DNA of 64,000 bases from Macrostomum lignano. Its lineage: Eukaryota. Below, in pieces: positions 55,901-64,000 of this stretch; positions within the stretch are counted from its first letter, which is position 1; every line of letters starts with the position of its first letter. The stretch lies in contig NIVC01002521.1 in NCBI GenBank assembly GCA_002269645.1, forward strand, positions 1 to 64,000. The letters are read 5' to 3'. The notes beneath the pieces were generated by a model that was given only the letters and a program-made list of their open reading frames with translations, had not been told where the DNA came from and did not search any database. A program made the position numbers and the translations under genes.

Positions 55901-58452
55901 ACTTCAATGGGTCTCTCAGTGGGTGCAGCTACCACTTCAATGAGTCTCTCAGTGGATGCAGCTACCACTTCAATGAGTCTCTCAGTGGATGCAGCTACCA
56001 CTTCAATGAGTCTCTCAGTGGGTGCAGCTACCACTTCAATGGGTCTCTCAGTTGGTGCAGCTACCACTTCAATGAGTCTCTCAGTGGATGCAGCTACCAC
56101 TTCAATGAGTCTCTCAGTGGGTGCAGCTACCACTTCAATGGGTCTCTCAGTGGTGCAGCTACCACTTCAATGGGTCTCTCAGTGGTGCAGCTACCACTTC
56201 AATGAGTCTCTCAGTGGGTGCAGCTACCACTTCAATGAGTCTCTCAGTGGGTGCAGCTACCACTTCAATGGGTCTCTCAGTGAGTGCAGCTACCACTTCA
56301 ACGGGTCTCTGTGCGTGCAGCTACCACTTGACCGGTCCTTCAGTGAGAACCAACATTCCAATAATGGGTCCTTATAATCCCTTAAACCTCTTGAAACCTA
56401 AAAAAGTACCCATCTCACCAAAAGGGACGATAACCCCCTTTCGAATGCTTTAGCTACGAGAGCTGGCCAAGAACAACAATCAAGGCACATCGGAGACCAC
56501 CTATCTTAAAGAAGAAAACAAGAAGATGAAAGACATGATGGCCGAACTGAGAAAGAAGATTGCCGATCAACAGGCCAGGGTAAGCTTCAAGTGTTAATTA
56601 TGAGCCAAATTATCAGTCCACCTGCAGTCTATATGTATGGCTATGGCCTGGATGCCAATTCTTACCGCACCGGTGATCTGATGTGGCGGAGACAAAGCGT
56701 CAACCCTTGTCCCAAAGTTGCCAGAAAGGTACTTGTACTTCAAAATGTAAAATGTGCAGTTTGGCAGCGAAGAGGCAAGTTTCGTCAAGACCTAAGCACG
56801 CACACGGATGCGTACGCAGACAAAGTCGCACAGGGTGTACAGCAGCCCTGCCTTTCTCACATGTACGCACTCTGTGACATTGGGGTGGCCTAGGCCAGTA
56901 CAGGGACTACTCAATAACTAAGGACGGGAAACTACAAAAGTTGGAGGTCGATCTTAGTCCTCGAAAAGCATTACTTGGATAGGTTTCCACCACAGATGCA
57001 AACTCACTGGCTACAAGGTAAAACCTATCTAAATAAGGCTTTTCTAGGACTAAGTTATTAATAGACCGGCCTTCAACTTTTGTAGTTGAGTCCCTTCCCG
57101 AGTATTGAGTAGTCCCTAGGCCAATATTCTGGCCAATCAACGGACCAAATTAAAGCAGTCAGGTCTTTGGCTTGAAAGTCAAACTCATTACCGCTGTACT
57201 ACTACTACTCAGCCAAAGTACTGGAAAAAACCGAATGCAAAATCAAACTCAAATTGCAACATGATTTTAGAATGACGCCCTGGAACGCATGATCGAAGAA
57301 CTGCAGCGCGAGCACGAAGTGGAGCGTCGCCGTCACAGTGAGGAGCAGGAGCGTCTTGGCAAGGAGCTTACCAATACGGAGACGGATCTCAGGCGTGTAC
57401 TCAACGAACTACAGGCCCTTCTAGACGCTAAGATCAGTCTCGAGCTGGAGATTGCCGCGTATCGAAAGCTGCTTGACGCTGAGGGCGTAGCCATGGAGAA
57501 GGTGGAGAACATCAGCCGACAGGGCAGCTTCCGGACCACCGAAAAACCCAGTGTGGTCATGGAGCAGCGGGTTGAGCGGCGCACTGAGGTGCACGACGGT
57601 GAGTCAAGCTGAGTACTTCTCGCACAGTGGCTGGGAGAAGCATTATTTATATAATAATCTCAAAATTCCTAGCGGTACCGCAGCGCTCGCAGAGTTTTGG
57701 GCGTTTACTAAATAATTATTCAAATGCAGGGTTTGGCTGTTGAGTCAGTGCTATATTATGCTAATGCGCGATATAAGATCTATTCCCATGAATTATTGAT
57801 AGGGTGTAAGGTTCTTTCTCCAACATATCGTCAATATTATTTTACAAAACATCATGAGTCGTCATAGATTTTAGAAATCTCATGATACTACTCTCACACG
57901 TTGGACATATAGTAAGCAAATACGATAATCATGCATTTTATTAGTAACGTTTTTTGTTTAGAAATAGATCAATCCAAACCTAAATAGATTACCTAGAAAA
58001 CTCATTCGTACTATAGTGGACTTAGAATGTCTAAGAGGTAAGTTAATCTCACGACTAGCTGATGAACGCTACTGTCTAGCAGACGACAATCCTAACAGTT
58101 GAATGTTTTGTACCAAATGTCAATTTTTATTCTAATAGGTAAAAAACAGTACAATGCTTGACAATCGTTACATTTGATACACTGAATCAAAGTCGGTCAT
58201 TCTGGGCTATCAATCGCCAACCAACACACAGCGTCTCGCGCCAGCAGCGGAGGCGGCAGCGGTGGCAAGCAGCTTGGCTACGGAGGTGGCGGTAGCACCG
58301 GCGGCGGTTATGAGCAGCAACAGGCGACGACAATTCTGAGACGCGGCGGGGCGACCAGTCAGCTGCAGCAGCCGCAGTCGATGGGTGGTTACAACACCCG
58401 CCAGCAGCAGAGCTCATCCGCTGTCACCTATTCTACGGTTGGCAATATTTGA
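46628..58452 (+). CDS. Cytoplasmic intermediate filament protein, long coil 1B type, 7 exons, ~544 aa, Gly/Ser/Gln-rich tail
   Basis: Exons 46628-46933, 50316-50527, 54533-54815, 55094-55252, 56454-56579, 57271-57598, 58232-58452, all GT-AG with consistent phases. Rod start EMQELNERLGGFIEK; rod end LELEIAAYRKLLDAE. Confidence 0.93.
47020..47700. repeat. Purine-rich minisatellite GAGGGTGAGATGAGAAGGGTAA in IF intron 1
   Basis: Tandem copies seen directly. Confidence 0.9.
48170..50252. repeat. 32-nt minisatellite CATGGGAGGTCAGACTACACTAAAACTACAAA in IF intron 1
   Basis: Tandem copies; identical lines at 48841 and 49201 show a 360-nt block repeat. Confidence 0.97.
50316..50527 (+). CDS. IF exon 2
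   Basis: ttttcag|TRYLQAQNKKLKDEL...DMREQ|GTGAGT. Confidence 0.9.
51680..54110 (-). mobile_element. piggyBac-superfamily DNA transposon (decayed), ~2.43 kb, in IF intron 2
   Basis: Imperfect ~40-nt terminal inverted repeats: CACACCCGTTCCCGACGGGATTGGCCCGATTTCGGGTCA at 51680 versus TGGCCCGACTTCGGACCAAGCCGTCGGGAACGGGTATG ending at 54110. Frameshifted transposase inside. Confidence 0.88.
52257..53960 (-). pseudogene. piggyBac transposase, frameshifted
   Basis: DDD motifs LSIDETLVLYKGRVAFKQYIPSKRSKYGIK, VFTDSWFTS and RMGGIDHFD; WFHKLGFHLL; C-terminal Cys-rich remnant. Split over ORFs 53380-53683, 52874-53368 and 52288-52884. Confidence 0.92.
54533..54815 (+). CDS. IF exon 3 (coil 1B)
   Basis: aaccag|...LKEELEFLKRVHDQ|GTCAGC. 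Confidence 0.9.
55094..55252 (+). CDS. IF exon 4
   Basis: ttatcag|EIKELY...AVYMNK|GTGAAA. Confidence 0.9.
55820..56325. repeat. 33-nt minisatellite GGGTGCAGCTACCACTTCAATGRGTCTCTCAGT in IF intron 4
   Basis: Tandem copies seen directly. Confidence 0.95.
56454..56579 (+). CDS. IF exon 5
   Basis: ctttag|LRELAK...DQQAR|GTAAGC. Confidence 0.88.
56901..57118. mobile_element. Fold-back/MITE-like element (~220-nt imperfect hairpin) in IF intron 5
   Basis: Left arm AGGGACTACTCAATA...AACTACAAAAGTTG...TTAGTCCT.GAAAAGC.TTA.TT.GATAGGTTT is the reverse complement of the right arm ending TATTGAGTAGTCCCT; loop of ~25-30 nt. Confidence 0.75.
57271..57598 (+). CDS. IF exon 6 (coil 2B end)
   Basis: ttttag|NDALERM...LELEIAAYRKLLDAEG...HD G|GTGAGT. 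Confidence 0.93.
58232..58452 (+). CDS. IF exon 7 (Gly/Ser/Gln tail, stop)
   Basis: acacacag|ASRASSGGGSGGKQLGYGGGGSTGGGY...VGNI*; phase 1 matches exon 6. Confidence 0.75.
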
Positions 58453-60129
58453 GCTATACAGTGAAAGATTGAAAAAGAAAGTGACATTGCAGGGTGATGT
58501 ATAAGAGACAAAGATTTTTTCGTTCCTCTGATTTTGGGTTTTTGCTTTATTCAAAAAATGATCGGAGTTTTGCGGTCAGATGCGTGCAGCTATACATGAA
58601 GGACAGATTTTATTTTACCTTTGGGTCGCTAAATTACGAGCTATTATAGATTATCTAAATGAGTCTCAATCACTTTTTAATGAGTTATTGGACAACTTTC
58701 AAAAAATCATTATTGATAATTTAGAGTAAATAGTTGAAGTTCGTCTTTCTTCAACTTTACTAGATATCAGGAAAATTGCCAAGTCTTTTTTTAACATGGA
58801 TGGTCAACTAAAAAATAATTGTAGCTTTAAGTCTTGCTGCACACTCCGCGGGTTCAAGTTTCACTTTTCGGCTGTGCCGCATGCTTATTTATTTTTGTTT
58901 TTCCATGAATCATTTATAAAAAAATATCTCTTCGGCTAAGGCGGTATAAGTTATTATAGAAAATTAATTAATGATAAATAGTAGTTTTTATCAAATTCAT
59001 TTTTAAGTAGTAGTGATGCATGAAATTAAAGTACAGCATATAATATACGAGCCAGAAAGGTGTATCATTATAAAACTAAATTAAACTAGTTTTATCCAAT
59101 TTTCCGCTGGGGTGCATACAGTTTTGCGTTGATATATCTTCAGCACTACTGGTCAGACTACTGATCAGTCTGATCAGTACAGAAAGCGAAAATTGTACCC
59201 AACTTCACTCCATTTTAATTTGCTAATATTTACGAGCGTAATTTTTACTCATGCATTGGTGGTTGGTTTTTTACGAGTACATTAAAAGAAACAGTTATGT
59301 TTGCAGTTTGATATTTCCTAGTATGAAAAACACACTGCGCCGATCAATTGGTAAACTTTTCTGGAACACATACTCAAAAGCTGCGTCAATACCACTTGCT
59401 GAGGTTCTCCGCAGGTAGATCGTTATTTCGAACTTGTTCACTTTCATGTTTCAAAGCAGCATTCCAACTTTTTTCATGTTCATTTTTAAATAGCAGACTG
59501 GATCTGTAACTGACGATAACTTTAAGTTTGCTGATCATTTGAAAATGGGTCAGGTTATTTGTTCTTTTATACTGTATTCTTTAAATAAAATTAAAATAAT
59601 GCACCACTAATAAATAAAATAAATAGTTAAAGATTACTAAAAATTAATTTAATTTTCATTGAGATCGGAGATAAGGGATTAAATAAACTTTCGGTAGGAT
59701 AGGAAAGTACTACGGGTTTATAAAACTCTGCCTGGCAAGATACACTTTGAGTGCTTGTTACTATACTGCACTTGGGGTAAAGTGTGGAGTAAAGCACAAG
59801 CCGTGTTTTTTGGTCAGTGTTTTTACACTTAAAATTTGCAATCTTCCTGAAAGCAAACTTATTTTATAAGAGAACATACAGCAATTAAATTCCCTGAAGA
59901 CTAGCTATACAAAAAATCGTAAAGAGGGTGTGCTCAGTCGGGATTTAATTTTTAAGCGCACAACACTGATGCAAGGCTCAATGAGATGCAAAGACTGTTC
60001 GCTTTAAAATATTGCCAAAATGATAGCTAAATATCTATTTAATTTTCATTGGGATCAGAGCTTAGTGCAGGTAAACGACACGACTAACTACGCTTGTATG
60101 GCTATCTTAGACAGACTGCTTGAATGTTG

Positions 60130-61215
60130 TACCGGCGAGACTTAAGCCTGGCTGTTTCGGCAGCGACTGGCGACAGCTACCGAGTCTGTCGTTGCTATGT
60201 GGTCGTGTAGGTTGAGCCGCGACCACTCCAAGTGGTCGGAAAAGTTTGTTGGGGCGAAGAGTGGCTGATGCCTAGATGACTGTAAAGGAATGGCGACTGG
60301 TTGGCGTGGGGCTACCAGTTCGAAAAATGGGCCCACTACTGGGGAAACCTGATTCTGGACTGAAAGCTTCGCTTCTCAGTGCGGATAATTCTGAAGAGTG
60401 CTCTGCCTTCGGACTGGGTGACCCCCACGCACCCGGTTCTTCACCGGAGGAGATCTTGATCCTTGGGCTACGCCCTTAGACCAGGGAACCTCTTAGTGCA
60501 GTTTGAAACATGGAACGGAATCGGACCTGTACCCGTATGGTCAGGTGCGGCTCGAACTCTATTATATTAATTGTCTTCTTTCTCCGCTCAGGCGGGTCCG
60601 AGTTTCGGCTCAGATTTTGATGTTCGCAGGGGAACGACGCAAAGGTGGAGCCGGCTTGTCTAGTTTAGCTGGAGCGCTTATCCCTGTCAGATACTTCGGT
60701 GCCTCCACGAGGCGAGGGTCGGGCAACGGCGTGTGTGGGGGGTGGGGGCGTTGTTTCTTTTCTTCATCTGGTATCACTGCCTCGCTCCAATCTTCACTCC
60801 TCCCATCCTCACCTTAGTCTACTATTCTGTTTTTTGCCTCACTGTCTTCTTTGCTTCCATTTTTCTCTGCTCTGCTTTCCCCTTTTCTTACACAGAACGT
60901 ATCGGCGCTTCGCGGCTAAATCCAAGTATATAACCAAGGGGCTTGGGGTCAGCAGCTCTTTGCTATACGGGACTACCTATTGCTACATAACGTCAGAATA
61001 AAACAGACTCGTCTGCCTCTGCGGATGAGCGAAATAGGTGTCGTGCTAGGGAATCCAGGTCAGGCTGGTAGCGGGCATAAGTGCAGTGAGTGTGGCGGTA
61101 CATTTAGTACTAGGGCGGGATTGAGTAATCACCAGAGGTAAGTTCATTCAGATTATTACCACAAAATAAAAAATTCTTGGCTCTGCCGAGCGGCAAAAAA
61201 AAGATAGTCTGCGGT
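60130..61215 (+). mobile_element. 5' fragment of an R2-like (RLE-type) non-LTR retrotransposon: structured leader plus a decayed ZnF-Myb start
   Basis: ATG at 61025: MSEIGVVLGNPGQAGSGHKCSECGGTFSTRAGLSNHQR*VHSDYYHK...AKKR*SA. This is C-X2-C-X12-H-X4-H, then a Myb-like (W>stop)S start, with stops at 61139 and 61205 in one frame. The leader has several hairpins. The 5' boundary is approximate. Confidence 0.55.
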
Positions 61216-61494
61216 GTGTTTTATAAAGCTAATTTTCGTTTTAATAAATGATGCAGTTATTAAAGCCAAAATTCTTCCAGATAGAACTTTAGATAGTAAT
61301 AAAGGGGCAAGAAAAACAGAAACGTATAAACTACTACTAGAAAATTATTTATAAAAATGGCGACAAGAGTCAGAGAAAGTATAAATAAACTTAGATCAGT
61401 TAGGAAGAAACAATTTGAGAGAAGACTAGAGAAGACAAATAAAGCTTATGGTGAATGAGCCTCTCTCAGCCTGCACTTGAATTTATGGCCCCCT

Positions 61495-61900
61495 TATTTG
61501 TGAGTCACTCTCCCTCGCGTGCTCTATCCATACCAGCCCTGCGTTCGCTTCGTATATCGTTGAAATCCCTGCCCTTTTACTTTCTCCGTCGCCATTGCAT
61601 TTGTGCCCCACCACTCTACGAGCGCAGCGCTTGCGCCAGCCTCCCGGCGTCTGATTGGCGGAGGCGGTCAGAGTGGGCCCCAGTTTTTTGTCTTGTTGTG
61701 CTCTCAACCCCTCCCCGGCCTCTGATTGGCTGCGAGTCCTTAGGCTTGTCTGTCTGGTGCCCCTGCTTGGCTGCCTATTTATATGGGCCTCTGCGGCCCT
61801 TGTTTTCTTCGCCTTCGCCCCTCTGCGATCAACGCTTTGTATCTGCAACTTTGCGACTGCGCTTTGTACCTGCGACTTCGCGACTGCGAGTATAAATATA
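61495..61900 (+). promoter_or_regulatory. Pol II promoter-like block: AP-1 (TGAGTCA ~61502), two CCAAT boxes (CTGATTGG ~61651, ~61722), TATAAATA at 61891
   Basis: Motifs seen directly in the expected order, ~40 nt upstream of an ATG (61933) and a GTAAGT donor (61971). Function not shown. Confidence 0.4.
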
Positions 61901-62419
61901 GTTGGCGATTTTTGTCCTAGAAAGCCAAGACGATGACCCAACCGGGCCCGGACCGTTCAGCAAGCGAAACGTAAGTACTGTATTTTTATTTTTGGTGTTT
62001 TCGTGCTTAGGACTTAGCCAGGATTAAGAGCGTCGTACGCCGATTCCCACCCCAACCAGCTCAGCGTCGTCCGCTTGGCTGGAGACCATCGTGCGTCGAT
62101 CGGCCTGATCCCAGCAAACTCTGCGTCGTACGAGAATAGGTTGGACGACCGTAGCACTAAAGGGTCAGTACACCAACCCGGGTAAGACAGAGAGCCTCTG
62201 GATTCTTCCCCCTGCTTCATCACAAGATCTTAACGAAAAGTATAATCCTAGCACAGAAGAGGAGGTACATATTGAAAACACGAAAAAAACAAATGAGAGA
62301 ACCTTGAAAACCAAAAAAAGATAGTAGTCAAGAGCCAAAGAGAGATGATGATGAGGATAGCTCGGATAGGAATACTCTCAGTGAAAGTTGTGCCGTGCTG
62401 TGGCAGTGAGGGCTCCCCC

Positions 62420-62425
62420 GGCCTC

Positions 62426-62503
<78 letters not shown>

Positions 62504-62545
62504 TCTCTCTCGCTCTCACTCTCCCCCCCTCTCTCTCTCACTCTC
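62420..62545. repeat. (CT)n microsatellite
   Basis: Seen directly. Confidence 0.97.
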
Positions 62546-62552
62546 TTTTCAC

Positions 62553-62594
62553 TTGCCCTGACGAAGAAATATAATAATTTCGAAATATCAGCAA
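62553..62594 (+). ncRNA. Minimal type I hammerhead ribozyme motif (copy 1)
   Basis: TTGCC-CTGACGA-A-GAAAT(ATAATA)ATTTC-GAA-ATAT-C/AGCAA: core CUGANGA...GAAA, 5-bp stem II, palindromic ATAT stem III, AUC cleavage triplet, stem I TTGC/GCAA with one proximal mismatch. Confidence 0.7.
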
Positions 62595-62850
62595 TTACTT
62601 TTTACTTTTTACTTTTTATTATTCTGTGTTGACTCAGTTCATTTTGTTCTTTATTATTTGTTTTCACTTATTCAACCTTAGAGGGCCATCTGGGCCCACT
62701 GTATTGCGCAATCTTGCTTTAGCCAACCAGTTTTGAAATTTAGAGTCTTGCCTCATAGTTGATGTACATACAGTATGCACATGAGCGATCTCTCCCCCCA
62801 CTTTTCGCTTATATTTATTTGTCGGCTTCTCACAATAATTATACTCATTT

Positions 62851-62892
62851 TTGCCCTGACGAAGAATTTCGTATTCGAAATGTAGTAGGGCA
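62851..62892 (+). ncRNA. Minimal type I hammerhead ribozyme motif (copy 2)
   Basis: TTGCC-CTGACGA-A-GAAT(TTCGT)ATTC-GAAA-TGTAG-TA/GGGCA: core intact, 4-bp stem II, GUA triplet, stem I TGCC/GG(G)CA with one bulge. Confidence 0.6.
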
Positions 62893-62995
62893 TAATTTTA
62901 GGAACGGGAATTATTGCGGGTTCAAATATGCTTTTCGCCTACCATCAGTAGTTTTAAACCGGGGAATTAATATTAGAGCGGGGTAAATCGCTATT

Positions 62996-64000
62996 TTGGG
63001 GGTTCCTTTAGAACTACAGAGCAGTTGGGCTCTTGGGAAAGCATCCCGTACTTGCTTGCCGTATAGTACGGCAGCTGCACTCGTCGGAGATGGGCCTGGC
63101 AGTGGCCGGGCGGGCGCCAGCCTGGCCGCGCCGGGCTCCCGGACGGCAGCAGGAAATGGGCAGCCAGGTGATCGCGGAGCGGCCGGCGCGTCCGGCCCTG
63201 CGGTCCCAGGCGGCCCTCGAGCCCAGAGCAACGGTGGCGGCAACGTCGGCGGTGCGGGGCGGGGCGGCGGTCGCCGTTCCTACCCTGCAATAGCGGCGGC
63301 TCAAACAGGACAGCAGGACGTACCACGGCCTAACAGCAACAGGAGCACCTACAATAACAATGTGGTACCTGTTGTTTTCAATACAGCAGCCGAAGTCAGT
63401 CAGATCGACTTTCTCAAATGGCTCGCGGCCAATTTTCAAGGTACGGCCCGAGCCACTTTTACCAAAAAACTAACACATGAAGTCGGTTACCTAGTATTTC
63501 CGGCCACTCCAAGAGACCACCAGGTCTTCCTGCGCGGGCCCCTGCGCGAGCCCCAGCTCGTCGGGGGGCCGGTGGAGAGGCGACTACCGAAAGCCAGACC
63601 GGATCCAAGATCTAGGCAAGCAGCGCCACGGCGACCAATGACCCAGGCGGTACATTCCTTTGTCGTACGTGGTGTGCCTCCGTAGGTTGAGCCAGCCGAC
63701 TTCAAACAGTACCTGCAAGAAAGTGCAGGGCTGAGTGTAATCTCAGCAAGCCGCATCACAGCAAAAAGAGACAATAAGCCTACCAACTTAATTCGTCTGT
63801 TCGTCCGTAACAAGCAGACCGTTGACGCATGCCTTGCGTCTGGCATCATAACGGATTTCACGACTTACAAATGCGAGCCTAAAAAGACCGCAACGCCGGC
63901 ACGTGCACCGCAATGCCAAAATTGCCAGCGCTTTGGTCATCACGCACAGCGGTGTAAAGCGACCAAGCGTTGCAGGATCTGTGCGGCCGATCACCATTGG
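62996..64000 (+). mobile_element. ORF1 (gag-like) of an I/Jockey-type non-LTR retrotransposon, one in-frame stop, truncated by the window end
   Basis: SYPAIAAA motif; FVVRGVPP*VEPADFKQYL...SASRITAKRDNKPTNLIRLFV (RRM/PRE_C2HC-like); zinc knuckles CQNCQRFGHHAQRC and CRICAADH. TAG at 63683-63685 interrupts a single frame. Confidence 0.88.

Noticed and set aside
58060-58105. CTGATGA-containing stretch as a third hammerhead
   Set aside because: No GAAA core after the putative stem II and no stem I pairing.
46628-58452. Calling the IF gene a nuclear lamin
   Set aside because: The tail has no NLS, lamin-tail domain or CaaX.
59647-60060. 24-nt direct repeat (ATTTAATTTTCATTGRGATCRGAG) at 59647 and 60037
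   Set aside because: AT-rich, brackets no recognisable element, and both copies lie upstream of the R2-like fragment, so it is not that fragment's TSD.

Overview
Eukaryotic, animal genomic DNA, not prokaryotic. GC-rich, poly-Q/poly-A exons sit among about 25 different micro/minisatellite arrays that fill most introns. This resembles a free-living flatworm such as Macrostomum (inference from composition only). Supportable genes: (1) a large, unidentified, secreted/cell-surface glycoprotein gene on the minus strand (ATG 7652, three exons, running off the left edge, two apparent frameshifts); (2) the orphan last exon (TM4) of a Cys-loop anion-channel subunit at 11247-11540; (3) a 4-exon Iroquois homeobox gene (20115-23786); (4) an intronless, very divergent innexin-like gene (37602-38585, minus); (5) an intronless tandem-CCCH (TIS11/ZFP36-type) gene (40136-40885); (6) a 7-exon long-coil-1B cytoplasmic intermediate filament gene (46628-58452), whose introns hold a decayed piggyBac element and a fold-back MITE. 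The last 4 kb is a stack of same-strand retroelement-like 5' parts: an R2-like ZnF/Myb fragment, a TATA promoter with tiny introns, two minimal hammerhead-ribozyme motifs 298 nt apart, and the gag-like ORF1 of an I/Jockey-type LINE. The best leads are the hammerhead pair directly upstream of a LINE ORF1 and the cysteine-poor innexin-like protein. No rRNA, tRNA or CRISPR was found. All exon models, motif calls and folds were read by eye; no database search or folding program was run.
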